A stretch of DNA of 61,153 nucleotides, the filler included, from Hausera hauseri (lineage: Eukaryota): NCBI GenBank assembly GCA_046269625.1. It is 10 parts of 10 records of this genome, joined end to end, with 100 filler letters (N's around TTAATTAATTAA, not from the genome) between each part and the next. Parts side by side here need not be neighbours in the genome. Positions count along the whole stretch, not along the records: positions 31,875 to 42,934 come from JBJURY010126650.1; positions 43,035 to 47,615 come from JBJURY010519125.1; positions 47,716 to 52,037 come from JBJURY010635442.1; 7 more parts are not named here. One strand, given 5' to 3'. Made by a program: the position numbers and the translations under genes. Each line of letters begins with the position of its first letter. Positions within the stretch are counted from its first letter, which is position 1. Shown in pieces: positions 34,601 through 48,236 of the stretch. Below the pieces are notes generated by a model. It was not told the origin of the DNA and did no database searches. It saw nothing but the letters and a program-made list of their open reading frames with translations.

Positions 34601-37600
34601 CAGAATACTGGAGAATGATGGTTGAGATCTGAGGATTTCTTTATACATCATTTATTTTTTTTTTTTGTCCGCTCCTTCACATCCGCCAAAACAGCCAAAC
34701 CTTTTCCAACAAACAGCCATCAGAGCTCCCGAATACGCGCAACCATGCAGGATTCTCCAAAGGGTCCGGAACGAGTCCTGGGACGCTCCCTCCAATCTGC
34801 CGAGTAGCTGACGCATATTGAATGCGGAAATGATCAAGAGGTGTACATGCATAGATATTTGTGCAGTTTGGGGAAGCTCCGCCGAGAGAGCGCTACGTTA
34901 TGGTGCAGGGCAAGTAATGGGAGAATAAAGTCCCATTCAACGAGTTATGCGTGCTTTCTTCAAGAACATTTAAGCATCAGCGGACAAGCCGCCTCGCATC
35001 TAAGGATAATATATTTCGAAGTTCCTTCTGGCAGGCCGCGCGCGTGCCGCCATGACGACACAAACTCGTTCAACAGACAAGCCCAGCATCCGAATCCGTT
35101 TGGATGCTTGTTGATTTTAGTTGCCAGAAATTTATCTGCAAGAAAATGGGTAGAGATAATATTTTACGTTGCCTAACATTTACAGATTATGCGACTTTTA
35201 TTCTCTTCTTGTTAGTTGCTTCATCTAAGAGCTTTCTAAAATTGTGTCTGTGTTTCAGATCAGAAGACAGGATCGCTGCACAATATTCTTGTTTGCTGTC
35301 TCGCTCAGTTTTGTAGAGTAATTATGTCTACATAATAATTTGGTTTCCTTCCGCTCTGTGGACGTCTCCGGTCTGATGATATTGGCTCAAAGTCGTCCCT
35401 GACGGTCGGCTTTTCTATTTAATATGGAAAAACAATTTTCCCAAAATAGAAACAGAACTCCGCTTCGCGAGCGTATTTTTGAGCACAGTAACTAATATTT
35501 CCCATTATTGGAGTAAAAATAATCAGCCACAAAGACTGAATCAAAATGCAGTCCTTTCAGATTGCCCGCCATTGTCTCAACATGATTCCAACTCAAATTG
35601 GTTCCGGTGGTCGCCAACTGCTTCTCAAACAGAACACCAATATAGATTATTCGTCCTTGTCTCTGCAATATCCCGTCAACTAGCACAGGCAACTACACTG
35701 AAGGCTAAGCAACCACTGAAACAATAATAACGCGAAGCCGAGACAGGCTCCTAACATAAACCGCAGTTTCTTAAATCGCCCGCCACAACGCGTTTGGAGT
35801 GTTGAATTCCTCTCATTAATCCATCGCTGGCAAGGAGCAGGAGCATTAACATCTTTGGCAACGAACAGCACCAACCCATGAGTGGCCGCCACTAAAGAGA
35901 GAGTGGTTCGACAGAAAAAGTGCGGCACGCAGAGAATGTCACCAATGTCGAGATATTGTAATAATTATTTGCGTTCAGATTTCCAGCAGTGCAGTGTGAA
36001 TAGCTGGTGTGCACCGAAATCACCTCAGCGATTAGAATGCTGATGGCGCCAAGCTTCGGAAGAATTCTGTCCCATAAAGCTCGTTCCGCTGAGAACGCCG
36101 GAGCCGTAGAGCACCCTTCTCAGAGTGCGAGGAAACACAAAGCCTGAGACAGAAGTGTAAACAAAATGAGGGTCATACAATAATCAAGAGCACAACCCGG
36201 AAGTCGTGAAGGCCGAGTGGACGAGAAATCGGCCAACATGTTGCTGACTGATCGACTTAGTCAGCGGGAACGTCAAGCCAAGAACCGGCCTCGCCCGCTG
36301 GAGACCTGTCGGCAGGAACGCAAAACAGCTAAAGCCAAAAAGCGCTGTAGAACAAAACAGAACAAATCAGCAATGAATGAGCCATTCATGAAGTTTCTGC
36401 CAACAACCGTTACTGAAGAATAATTAAACGGACACCAGCCAACAGAAGTTTCATCAGCACAGCATACAACAACCATCTCGAACGATGAAGTGAGATCTCA
36501 AAATACATTGCAGACACGCAAAGCAAAAAATCGAAAACCCGTATGCTTCTCCTCCTTCCTTGAAAATGCGGGAGGAAAGACAGTAATGAAAAAAGTGTGC
36601 TTTAAGCACGAAATCAGAAGCGGCCGTAGAGGTGCGCCGGCACAACCAAGAAGTATAAGCAGCGCTATTGTGCAATCGTGTGCTGCCAAAACTCATACAT
36701 CGGAACAGAGATGGGTGTCTGAAAAACCTTGCTCATCAGTGTTGCCTAAAATGTCGCGCTCATCCGAGCATGATGTCTCAGCAGGTGATGCTGCGCCTCC
36801 TGTGTTGCTATTCATTTTCCCACACATGGTGAAATAACGCAGTCACATCTCCCCTTCGCCAAAACTTATTCAGCAGCTTATCCTGTAGTCTGCGCAACAA
36901 CAACAGCATCCCAGCTGCTAAGGGGAACATTATTGAGTTTTATACTAATTCTTACAGGTATAAAATTTCCGGTCAAGTGATATCGAGTCAACGTGTCTTG
37001 AGTAAAGCCCCTTTCAGCGCGAGAAAAAGCCGTCTGATGCAGAGCAAGAGGAGCGCAGTGCGCGTTCATTTGTCCGTCTGTACCCACATGTAATTCTACC
37101 CAGTCATTTGGATCGGTCGCCAAAAGAGGCATTCCTCAAGTGCTCTGACGATGTTTTCTGACGGATCTGCGACACATTCTGGCTTGTGACACAAGCAGCG
37201 CTTGCAGATCAGCGCTTAAAAAGTTGGTGATTTCAGAAGCGTCCGGACATCCAAAAATTTTTGGGAGCTCGCCGCACGCATGGCGAACAAACATCCCGAC
37301 CATTTCCTTATCGAATGATAAGAACAGCAACACAACAGCCGGGACTGCTCTTTTTTATACCTTGGCGACTAACAGAGCATTAGCGTACAATCAGTAGCAA
37401 CTGCTTAACTCTTTTGAAGAAGTATTTGGCGTCATGTCGTCCTTGAACGCGGCGGCTGGCGACGCCATCCTTTTGAGAACATTGTTGTTGTTAGTTAACA
37501 TTTCGTTGGACCGCCGCTGCTTGCCACTATGGTCACAGACAGCTGGAGATCACCATATTTACAATACTATTCATCAGCTTCCGCGTTTAACAAAAAACAT

Positions 37601-40600
37601 GAGTATAGCACTTGGTATGCTTTTTTTATTTTTTAAACACGATCCTGATAACGCTTTGGCAGTTATCTGCACGGCCCTTCTAAGGCTCCGGGACAGCCGC
37701 GCCAGACGACAGAAGACGGATGGAGACGAAGACAAGGCTGTATGCAACACCTGCTTAGCAGCCGACACGCCCGCTGATCACAAATACCGAATGATTGCCC
37801 ACCCCTTTTTTTCCAAATAATCTTTGCACACTTCCAGTGGGCGAAAAAAAATAGTAAAGCTGTGCAATTGTGCGGCCAAATGCCCGTCATCAAACAAGTA
37901 AATTATGTTAATTACTTGGCCAGAATGCCGCCGCCAATCCAGCCTGTCACAAAAGTTATCCATTAGTGAATAATATCTCCGCGCGCGCACAGCCAACTAA
38001 TGACTTCAAGATAGTCACAACGTGGCAAACAGAATCGCCAACGAAAGATTTTCATTTGCGTGAGAACAATTTTACCAGCATTTTCTCCCTCAGTGCTGTT
38101 GAGTCGACTGTCTCCAGGAAAACAAGGTAATCTATGTTCTGCATTTTTCGCGTTGCTTGCGCTGATCCTTTCTAAGCCTGTAGAGCAGGTGCCCGGCCTC
38201 GACCAAAGACCCAAGAAGACTCGATCGGCACCCCGCACTCGTATAGATGATCATCCGTGTTAGAGGCGAGCAGGTTGCGATGTTCGATCTATGCAGGAGC
38301 AGATGAGCAATCCCAATGTTTCCGAATACAAAAAAGAGAATGAAGAGCTTGGGTTGAATGTGATCTGCCACAAAAGTAGAATAACAATAAATTATCTGAC
38401 TTCCTGTTCAACTGCATATCTCTTTTCTGTTCATCCAGGAGTTTTTATGAAGCAACTGTTTTTTTTCCTGTTTTTATTATCACGATCACGCTCAGACCTC
38501 TAATTATGCCAACAAGGCATATCGCCCTACGGCTTTTCATTCTTGACAACAATTATTCTTTTATTAGCACACACAAAGTTTACAATCCACGCAGCCAACA
38601 GCTCGTCAGTAGTTTAATAATTTGGATGGTATTGATACCGGCTGCTCCTTAATCGGCTTGCATGTTTAAGAAATGCCTCATATTTGAAGCACTTTTCAGA
38701 TACGACATGGTTTGGCTCGTTAGGTGTTCGTTATGTTTTAAAAAGATTTAGAAGCGCTTCGTTCTCTCCATTACTAGACAACACGAACGAGCGACAGACA
38801 ATGCTTCCGATAACGACAGCTTTGCGAATGGTTCGAAGTGTATGATTGGCACCCGCAACAGCAGCGGAACCAACGCATTCCCCTCTTTCACCAATTGAAT
38901 ATACTGCATGAAGCTGGGCGGGAAATCAAGCATCAAATCGTTTTGCGTGAATAGATTTACCTCTATAATCGGTTATGGCGCGCTGAATGCGAATATGGCA
39001 ACAGGCGCGCCCGGAGCCGAGACAACATGATATTATCGTCTGGATAGCACGATATTTCGGATGCGCGAATGCAATTACACCTGACGCGGATAAACGCACA
39101 CAGCAATCGCGCGCAGAATATAACACTGAACAACATGATTACAACCTTTTTGAGGCGCATCATTCACTGACCAGGAGATTAGACACAAAAAAAAAAAACG
39201 TTTACCGGCCACCCAATGCGATTTAGAAACAGAATAAATTTAGCAGAGTTATAATCAAAAAAGAAGCGCAGTATCCAGCATCTCGGAACTGCGCCTGTAC
39301 CGGGAATTAAAATGAGTTTAGTTGAAAATATGTAGCCTATACATGAAACCAAACTACGCTGTTTTGACGCCAAACACCAAAGCGCCAACCCACAAAGGAA
39401 GCATACACTCCAACAAAGCGGTCAAGGTTTCCTTTACTCGGAGCGGACAGAGTAACAACGATTCTTTGGAAAACACAATTAACAGCCTACAGCAAGTTAG
39501 AAAATAGCTTTCATCAGAACAGAGACAATTAATGCGATTGTTTGGGTCATAACTGACAGAATGTGTTGGAGCAAACGACTCCATTTCCAAGGTCAGCATC
39601 ACAAAAACCCCAGCTTCCATAAAGAAAATCACGCCAAGTATTGCTGATAGCATTCCTAAAGATCGCGCTATAAAGCACAGCATGCCAAGTTATTGAAGAC
39701 GCTTCACAGCTGGAACAAAAAACCGGTAACCGGTTCATGCGGCACGACGGCTTTTAACCGCGTGCAAAAGAACACAAATGGCGGGACGAGTGTTTTGTGT
39801 GCCGCCATCCAGTTCAAAGAATACGCATGAGATTATTAATGTGTTATTTAACTGCTGAAACAACACACCCATTCTCACCGGGAGAACAGGTATCGCAAAT
39901 GCTATACTACAAACGAGCGACCTCCCATATCAGACGATTGTCTTGGTGTGTTTCCGATGCTCTGCTTGTGTTTATTTGCCGGGGACTAGTGCAATACAGA
40001 CATGCAAAACAGGAAAGGTAAACGAATTATAGTGACGATAGATTAGAAACACCCTTAATTACAAAAGCGAATAAAGGTTCTGAATTGATGAAAGAGCGGC
40101 CGCAGTCACAGCAGCAGATATTTCTCACTTCCTATAAACTAATAATTGTATGTTCTTTAAAGAAAGCATAGACACAATTGAAAATATTTACAGAGCTGTT
40201 TGAACCTACGTGTTCGACAATTTCAAAATGGAGTACAAAATTGCAAACTGTTGTCCTATATACAATACCGGGAAGAGAAAGCAATACGTAAAAATGACGA
40301 ATGAATGAAATACCCTTCCCAAGCATGCTGGAGAGAAAGCCTATCCTTCCACTGCACTCGTCGCCGCGAGAATGAGTTTTTCTTTCTGCTGAAGCGGTAT
40401 AAACAAATTCGCTGTTGGACACAAAGTTTCTAGGCAAACGAAAGGGAAAAGAATGTTTGAACAGTACAACTGGGAAGAACGGCCAGAGGTGTCCATGAAC
40501 AAAGGCACTGGGAAAGGCATCAGTTCCCTTCCACATTTTGCGGGTCTACTTGACGACTGCTAGGCGAAGACAATGCGCCAATTTTGCATTACTATCAGGA

Positions 40601-41499
40601 CGCTCAAAACACTACAGATAGCTTTAATGTATATCGCTGGATACCATTAGGAAAGCCACAATGTTTCCTGTCGAATGAAAATATAATAACCCGAATAATC
40701 TACAAATATTGCAGAGCACAGCTCCCGCGGACATTTCCTGAGGATAGATCAAAACAGGGATAGGTCGGCGTTTCCGCAACTGAGGAAGGAAACATGGCAG
40801 AGCTGAAAGAAGATTCACAAAACACACAGCCATTGCATGTTGTGGACAAAATGATGTAGTTCATGATCATATCTGGGTATTTATGGATGAGAGTTGACAT
40901 GCATAGACAATTCTACACAGTCATTTGGGGAAATTCTTCAATACCAACGCAGCTGCTGTGACAATTGCAAAGCATCTTCTGTTAATAAAAAATAGAGAAG
41001 ACTTCAGCATACACCTTGCGGATCCTGCAATCACAACATCTTGTCAATATGCGTGTAAAACGCGATAGACGACAAGCCGATCGAGAGTATAGACCAGGAT
41101 ACAAATAACTGGCCACCCCACGGAGCCACACTACCAGGAGCGGCGCAAAAAAAAAAACAGCTGGAGAAATCTGCCGACACGAAGAAACTAAAAACTTTTA
41201 AAAATACTCAATACACATATATCCCACACTGAGATGTTGCGACAAGCACGTTTCATTTATTATTTTTTGACAATAGCTCGATATGAAGTAACAGCGACAC
41301 CAAGATTCTTGCGTGAACACGAAACGACTTTCGCGCCGGTATCAAAATACAAGTTGATTGATACCCTAGCAAGGATGAAGACATGCACAGTCCAAAGCTC
41401 TGGTAATCCACATGGAGAGAGTCTGGTAGCCTTATAGGCCAGAAGCTACAGACACCTCCCACGAGAGCACGACTGGAGTTTCCAACATGGTGCAATCCC

Positions 41500-42934
41500 G
41501 GCTAAGCGGAGAATAGGTACTATTATTCATCTCTTGAAATCCAACAAGCAGCTAATGCACCTAACATCCAATCGTCCAGTTGCACTCGCCAGCGCTGTCC
41601 GTAAAACAATTGAACAAATCACTGTGGCAGGACTGAGGGAAGATACAGTGCCACAGCCCTGTAATGAGTGAGCTGGATTCCATCCTGAATACACCAACGC
41701 CAATCAGCTTATGAAATTACAACACTAGCTTTGAAAACAGCAAGCCATGTACAAACAAGGAAATGTGTTTATTGATTACAGAAAAGGTGTTTGATAGAAC
41801 TGACCACATGACGCTCGGCAAGAGGCTTCGGCATCCTTCAAGCACATAATTACCCAATCAACTGTGTAAGTGACTGTCTCTGTGTTCACAGTGCACAAAT
41901 GAAGATAAGTAAAAGCGCCGTCTCACAAAGAATGCTTTGCAAGAGAGGTGTGCCGCATTGTGCTGGACTGGGACAGTTCCTGTTTTTATAATCATTATGC
42001 ACTTCCTTACTGGGTCACTAAAAAAACTGTCAGGCGTGATTGATGGACTCTTCGCTGACGGCTTGACAACCCCATGTCGTGATAGAACAAACACAACTAC
42101 ACAATCCACTCTAAAACTGGGATTGGACATTATCAACCAATGGTATAGTGAGCGCTTTGTTGCTATAAACCCTTCAAGAACAGTGTGTATGGTGTTTTGG
42201 TCTAAAGTGACAAACCCGCTTCTGCTGTCGTTTGCAATCAATAATGTCGGTTCTTGTTGACAGCAGAGGCTCCTCGGACTAAACGTGTAAATGTATGGAG
42301 GAGCCTGTTAACATGCCTGAAATATTGAGGCAGCGGGGAATACATATCTACAAATGCTGGAAGCAATATTCAGCACCGCATATGAGAGCTGATAACGGAT
42401 ACACTCCATACATTCTACCTAGCTCTGATGCACGGTTAAATCACTTATGGGATAGAATCCTACTGGCGCCATGAATCTAATACCTTCACTGTAAAAACTC
42501 AATGGGGTACAAGGTGAAGCTACACAACTTATGAACACATTACTTGCACCAACAGCTTTATCCGTTACCTTTCCAGAGACCAACCTCCCCACCACTCAAG
42601 GGACGGGTCGTGCTGAGATGTTTGAACTATAGCTTGGTTGGTCTGCGCGTTGGAAGCGAACAAGCGACTCTGGCCCAGGAACCGTTTTGTCCACAGCATC
42701 AGATACTCTCGTGACTATATCGCCTTCCCCTTCACTATACATCTCAGTCTCCATCCTAAGTTAAAGTTTACAATACAAGAGCCGAGGATTAGTTCACATG
42801 GTTTCCAATCACCCTAACATTTAGGTGTAGCCGTCAACCGACACATGCTGCGCTTGCTGGACAAACAGCTTTTGATGTATAATATTCAAAACGACAACGG
42901 CCCGAAGCTAATGTACGGATTGATCGTTCAATGA
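41500..42934 (+). pseudogene. Heavily decayed non-LTR retrotransposon RT (I/Ingi-like)
   Basis: Remnants in order across shifting frames: KVFDR, LGQFLF, LFADGL (for FADDL), INPSRT, TLHTFYLAL..ITYGIE. Boundaries are approximate. Confidence 0.6.
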
Positions 42935-43296
42935 NNNNNNNNNNNNNNNNNNNNNNNNNNNNNNNNNNNNNNNNNNNNTTAATTAATTAANNNNNNNNNN
43001 NNNNNNNNNNNNNNNNNNNNNNNNNNNNNNNNNNAGAAGTTTCAAATTGATAAAGACAATAAATTCTTCCATAATATTATTATTATTTATTTAATAGTTG
43101 AATTTCGCTAAAGGGAAATATAAACAGTTTTGACATTGAAAATTACTCTTATTGAATGTTATCTGTCTTACGGATTAAGTGGAAATAAATAAATATAAGG
43201 ATATATATTTGTAATATATCAATATAACTAAGTACTGGTATTATATTGTAAAATTGGAATTAAGAAACACAGCAATAACTTTTCTTTGTTTTTCTA

Positions 43297-44195
43297 ATGT
43301 CAAATAAGGATATAAAAAAATTTTTGGTATCCAAATCCGAACCAGCGAAGAGACAACGAATGTCGGACTCGCCTGAATCCAGGATGCGCCCCGCTTTAGG
43401 AGGAACTCAGCGGATGGATGATGAGGGGGCGAATGTACAGGTGGGGTTGGAGCACTGGCGCGAGATCAGTTTATGGAGGAAATGACAGCACTCATGACCC
43501 GTTTACTGGATGAGAAACTTTCAACACTTGCAACAAGAAACGACGTTATGTCTGTTAAAGATGAGGTGAAGAAAATATTTCAAGAAAATAAAATATTAAA
43601 GAGAGAAATTGATGAATTGAAAGATCAAAACTGTGAACTCCAAAGGAGATTAAACGAGATTGAAAACCGCTCAAGGAGGAACAATCTTATATTTAAAAAT
43701 CTGAGACATGAACGGAAAACAGATTATATTGAAGTAGTAAGAAACTTTTGTAAAGAAAATTTGGGAATCGAAGAGGATTTACGGATAAACAGGGCGCACC
43801 TTCTAGGGGAGAGGCGTTCGGCTGCACCTATTATTGCACATTTTCCAGACGATCGTGATATTCAGAGCATAATAAAGAGTTGCAATAAACTGAAGGGAAC
43901 CGGATTCGTGGTTCACAGGGATTTTTCAATGGAAACTAGAATTCAAAGAAGGAAACTCAGTGAGTTAGGGAATGAGATAAGGCGCTGTCACAGAGAAAAG
44001 GGAGTTGCAGTGATTGTGGATAGACTGATGGTGGATAGAACGGCATTCTACTTCGCAGGTGGGAGACTGAAGGCGGATAGAGAGGATGCGAATGAAAAAC
44101 TGAGGGAATTTCTTGGCGACAGGGCAGAGGATATAATAATAAGATTGGAGGAGCAATCAGTAGCGCAGGGAGGAGGAGGAGAGCGGAGGGAATGA
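43297..44195 (+). CDS. LINE ORF1 (coiled coil + L1-type RRM); probable frameshift near 43445
   Basis: A coiled coil is followed by IENRSRRNNLIF, INRAHLLG, PIIAHF and VHRDFS. The basic N-terminus from the ATG at 43297 is in a different frame. Confidence 0.8.
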
Positions 44196-47100
44196 GGAAG
44201 GCTAGTCTGTCAGGATTCACACAAATCATTTAAGGACCGAAACCTACAACGGAACTTCAATAATAATATTAGTAGTTTAAGAATATTATATTACAATATT
44301 GGAGGCTTGCGCAACAAGATTGGTAATCTGGAGTTTTTTGATTATGTTAGGGAATTTGATATCTTTTGTCTTTCAGAGACTTTTATTGAAACCGAAAATG
44401 TAAATTATTTCTTGAATTTTTTCCATGATTATAATTTGTGTTGGGAGTCAGCGGTTAGGACTAACTTGTTTGGACGGGCGAAGGGTGGGATGCTTTTGGG
44501 ATACAGGAAGGGATTAGAGGGAAAGGTAAAATTTGGAAAGGTCAGGGGTAGTAATATTTTTTATTTGTCCATGAAAGGGAAACACTGCATGATTTTACCT
44601 GTTTACCTCAGCGGTGGTAAAGATGCAGACTGGGTAAGGGATTTTAGGAAGTTGGAATGCATTCTTGGGGAATGTGGTGACGGTGGGAGCACAATTCTGA
44701 TTGGGGACTGCAACGGGAGGATAGGGGAGGAGCAGTTATTAGAAGATGAGCTAATCATGGAATATAATATAGGTACGAGGAGGAAATCTAAAGACAAGGT
44801 CTTGAATAAGAAGGGTAGGGATTTGGTTGATTTATTTGTAAATAACAACTTAGTAATATTAAATGGCAGGGTGAAGCAAGATCTGCAGGGGGAATTCACC
44901 TACATTGGTCCAATGGGATCCTCTGTTATTGATTTGTGTGGGGTATCATTGAATGCCATAGAAGCAATTAATTCATTCAAGATAGATCTGAAATGTTTTA
45001 CTGACCATATGCCTGTAACTATGGAACTGCTTTATGAAGACGCCAAGGAGAAGGATAATATCATATCGCTCCTGCCTAAGCTTTTATGGCGGGAAAACCA
45101 TGAAAATCAATATAAGGAAAAATTAACGAAGGCGTGTCAAAAACAAAACCCGAAAAAATCAAATGTTAATGAATATGTAGAATACCTAAATAGTGTAATA
45201 TATGAAGCGGCAGGTTATAAAGACGGGTCCATCAGAGTTAGAAAGAGTAAGTCCTGGAGTGGGCAACCCTGGTTTGATGGACAATGCCAAAAGGCCAGAA
45301 ATCGTATGTTTGGATTATTAAAGATGTATCGAAGGAATAATCTGCCTGAAATCAGGAATGAATACATAAAGGCTAGGAATTTTTACGCAGATATTCGCAG
45401 GAAGAAAAAACTTGAAAGGACAAAATCAATGATAGAGGCTTTTAAAGGGGTGAAGAACACAAAAAATTTCTGGGAGGCAGTTCGCTATTTTAAGAGAAAA
45501 AAAATTAAATGCTGCCCAGATATAAAACCAAACCAGTGGGTGGATTACTTCAGAGGATTGTTTGAAGGGAATAGTGATGAAAGTCTTATGATCTACGCTC
45601 CTCCATTGTATGGGGACGCCTCATTGGACCAGGAAATATCGTTACCTGAATTGATAGCAGTGATAAAGAAAACCAAAAATAAAAAAGCGCCAGGCATAGA
45701 TAGGATAACAAATGAATATTACAAGAACGCTTCCGAATCTTATTTGAACTTAGTGCTAGGATTATTTAATAAGATTTTTCAAACAGAAACAGTTCCGGCA
45801 ACTTTTGCAGAATCAATTATTTTTCCACTCCATAAGAAAGGGGACGTGTCCTTAACAAGTAATTATAGGGGTATTTCATTTATAAATGCCTTAGGAAAAA
45901 TCTTTTCAGGGGTACTATTAAATAGACTAGAAAGGTGGGTAACTGAAAAATGCATATTGTCTGAATTCCAGGCAGGATTCAGAAAGGGTTATGGAACAGT
46001 AGACAATATTTTTAACTTGTACTGCCTTAACAATCTCTGTGTTAGGAGGGGCAGAAAATTATATGCTTTTTTTGTAGATTTTAAGTCAGCGTTCGATAAC
46101 ATAAACAGAAAATCGCTTTTTTATAAGTTATATAATGTAGGTATCTCTACTAAATTTATAAATGTGTTAATGGGATTATATAAATACACAAAGTCATATG
46201 TGTGGACGAGGGAAGGTTTAACGGAAGGTTTTGAGACAAAGAACGGTGTGAAACAGGGATGTCTGTTATCTCCGTTAATTTTCTCATTGTTCATAAATGA
46301 TCTCCATCAGGAATTGGGAGGGGGGGTGACTGTTGGTGGTGTGGATGTCAGGATTCTTTTATATGCAGATGATATTGTGCTGATGGCCACAGACAGAATT
46401 ACACTCCAGAGGATGATTAACAGTCTGGCGGAGTACTGTCACAAATGGAGTCTTACAGTTAATTTGGAAAAATCAAAAATAATGGTCTTTAGAAAAGGTG
46501 GCAGACTGGCAAGCACAGAATGTTGGAATTATGATGGTAATCCCATAGAAGTTGTAAACAAATATAAATATTTGGGAATAATACTTACGCCATTGTTCTC
46601 ATTAAATGTTCATATGGAGGAGAAGGTCGCATCAGCTAAGTTTGCTATATACAATGTGTGGAACTCCTTTTATACAAGGCAAAATATACCAGTGTCCAGT
46701 AAGTGGGAAATATTTAACTCAGTGAACAGAGCGGTCGTTACCTATGGTGCACAGGTGTGGGGGTACAGAAGTTTTGACACGCTTGAGAAATTTCAAAGAT
46801 TCATTGTGAAGAAAATATTATTACTACCACAGTACACACCTAATTTCGCTATTTACTTGGAGATGGGTATTGATCTCATGTTTTCATACACATTAAGACT
46901 GCATCTGAGTTACATTTTTAAAGTTTTAAAGATGCCGGACAATAGATTGCCCAAGATACTAGCGAAATTAGTAATAGAAAGGAGATCCGGATGGTTTGAG
47001 AGCTGGCTGAGATTGGCAGAAAAATATGGTTGTAGTCTGGACAATAATATACATGGAATGGATAACTGGGAAAGTCAGTGGGAAAACCTCATTATCAAAA

Positions 47101-47300
47101 TTAGGGAAGTAACAAGGGGTAGTTGGATAGAAAAAGCGCGCTCGACCAATCAAGGTAGAATAAATTGGGATTTAGGAGACAAAACATATTTAGGAGAGGA
47201 ATATCATGGTCAAATGATCAGTGTCATTTTTAAAGCTAGGGCAGGAGTGTTACCGCTAAACGACTCACCACATAGAGATGAAGGAGCAAGGATTTGCTGA
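44196..47300 (+). CDS. LINE ORF2: apurinic endonuclease + reverse transcriptase (clade not resolved)
   Basis: LRILYYNIGGL, CLSETF, IGDCNGR, IDL, TDH; KAPGID, NYRGIS, QAGFR, FVDFKSAFD, GVKQGCLLSP, LYADD, YKYLG. A disrupted Cys/His motif follows the stop. Confidence 0.95.
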   Translation, partial: GRLVCQDSHKSFKDRNLQRNFNNNISSLRILYYNIGGLRNKIGNLEFFDYVREFDIFCLSETFIETENVNYFLNFFHDYNLCWESAVRTNLFGRAKGGMLLGYRKGLEGKVKFGKVRGSNIFYLSMKGKHCMILPVYLSGGKDADWVRDFRKLECILGECGDGGSTILIGDCNGRIGEEQLLEDELIMEYNIGTRRKSKDKVLNKKGRDLVDLFVNNNLVILNGRVKQDLQGEFTYIGPMGSSVIDLCGVSLNAIEAINSFKIDLKCFTDHMPVTMELLYEDAKEKDNIISLLPKLLWRENHENQYKEKLTKACQKQNPKKSNVNEYVEYLNSVIYEAAGYKDGSIRVRKSKSWSGQPWFDGQCQKARNRMFGLLKMYRRNNLPEIRNEYIKARNFYADIRRKKKLERTKSMIEAFKGVKNTKNFWEAVRYFKRKKIKCCPDIKPNQWVDYFRGLFEGNSDESLMIYAPPLYGDASLDQEISLPELIAVIKKTKNKKAPGIDRITNEYYKNASESYLNLVLGLFNKIFQTETVPATFAESIIFPLHKKGDVSLTSNYRGISFINALGKIFSGVLLNRLERWVTEKCILSEFQAGFRKGYGTVDNIFNLYCLNNLCVRRGRKLYAFFVDFKSAFDNINRKSLFYKLYNVGISTKFINVLMGLYKYTKSYVWTREGLTEGFETKNGVKQGCLLSPLIFSLFINDLHQELGGGVTVGGVDVRILLYADDIVLMATDRITLQRMINSLAEYCHKWSLTVNLEKSKIMVFRKGGRLASTECWNYDGNPIEVVNKYKYLGIILTPLFSLNVHMEEKVASAKFAIYNVWNSFYTRQNIPVSSKWEIFNSVNRAVVTYGAQVWGYRSFDTLEKFQRFIVKKILLLPQYTPNFAIYLEMGIDLMFSYTLRLHLSYIFKVLKMPDNRLPKILAKLVIERRSGWFESWLRLAEKYGCSLDNNIHGMDNWESQWENLIIKIREVTRGSWIEKARSTNQGRINWDLGDKTYLGEEYHGQMISVIFKARAGVLPLNDSPHRDEGARIC

Positions 47301-48236
47301 ATGTGTATCAATATATATTTGCTCAATAGTCGAGAGGTGGAAGACACCATCCATTTGGATGGTGTAAGGTTCTAAGGGAGAACAGGAGGACCTGTTTGTG
47401 GAACAAACTGCTCAGGGGAAGATACTTCCCATTTTGCACTTTCTTAATTTCATCGATTAATATTAAAGACGCTTGTGCTTTTGTGCTATTTCTGCGTTCG
47501 ATGTTCTTTTTTTCAGACTAATACAGTTTAAGGATTATTCTTAAATAACCCCCTCTCCTCACAAGTTTCTTAATCAACTTTTTTAAGTGTTTGTTGTTCA
47601 TGTCTTCTAATCTAANNNNNNNNNNNNNNNNNNNNNNNNNNNNNNNNNNNNNNNNNNNNTTAATTAATTAANNNNNNNNNNNNNNNNNNNNNNNNNNNNN
47701 NNNNNNNNNNNNNNNTAATTTACTATATAACTTATTGCAGCTGAATTTAATGCAATACAGGTATAAATTTAAATTTTTCTTTTTCCGCAGGCGTTAATTT
47801 GCAAACACCTTGTATTTTTCTCGTTACGTTTGAAGATAGCTTTTTATATTTATTTTCACATGTATGCAAATTCCGTTTACTCTATTTGTTGAATATCACA
47901 GAAGACCATATTTAGCAGTCTGACAATATGATTCATTTGAATGATGCAAGACGTTTGATCTCGTTTATTTCATTAAAAATTTGTAATACTCTTGTCCTCA
48001 ACTAACAAAGAAATGAATTTTACTGTAAATCCGGGTTTTTTGTAACACAATCAGATAGACGTACAAAATATAGTGCTGATTAATAACATGGAAACTTTTT
48101 GCCACGAAAGCCAAAATAACGCAATTTGAGCTTCTAAATGTAATAGAATTTCACACTTGTTCAAATCTTCCCACTTAGTTTAGGAATTTTGAACTTTTAA
48201 AGAATTTTCATTACTTTTCGCGAGTTAATATACTTT

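Noticed and set aside
32253-41495. Dozens of 60-135 aa ORFs in C6, including a possible surface-protein pseudogene reading
   Set aside because: They overlap on both strands with no recognisable motifs, as expected by chance at this GC content.
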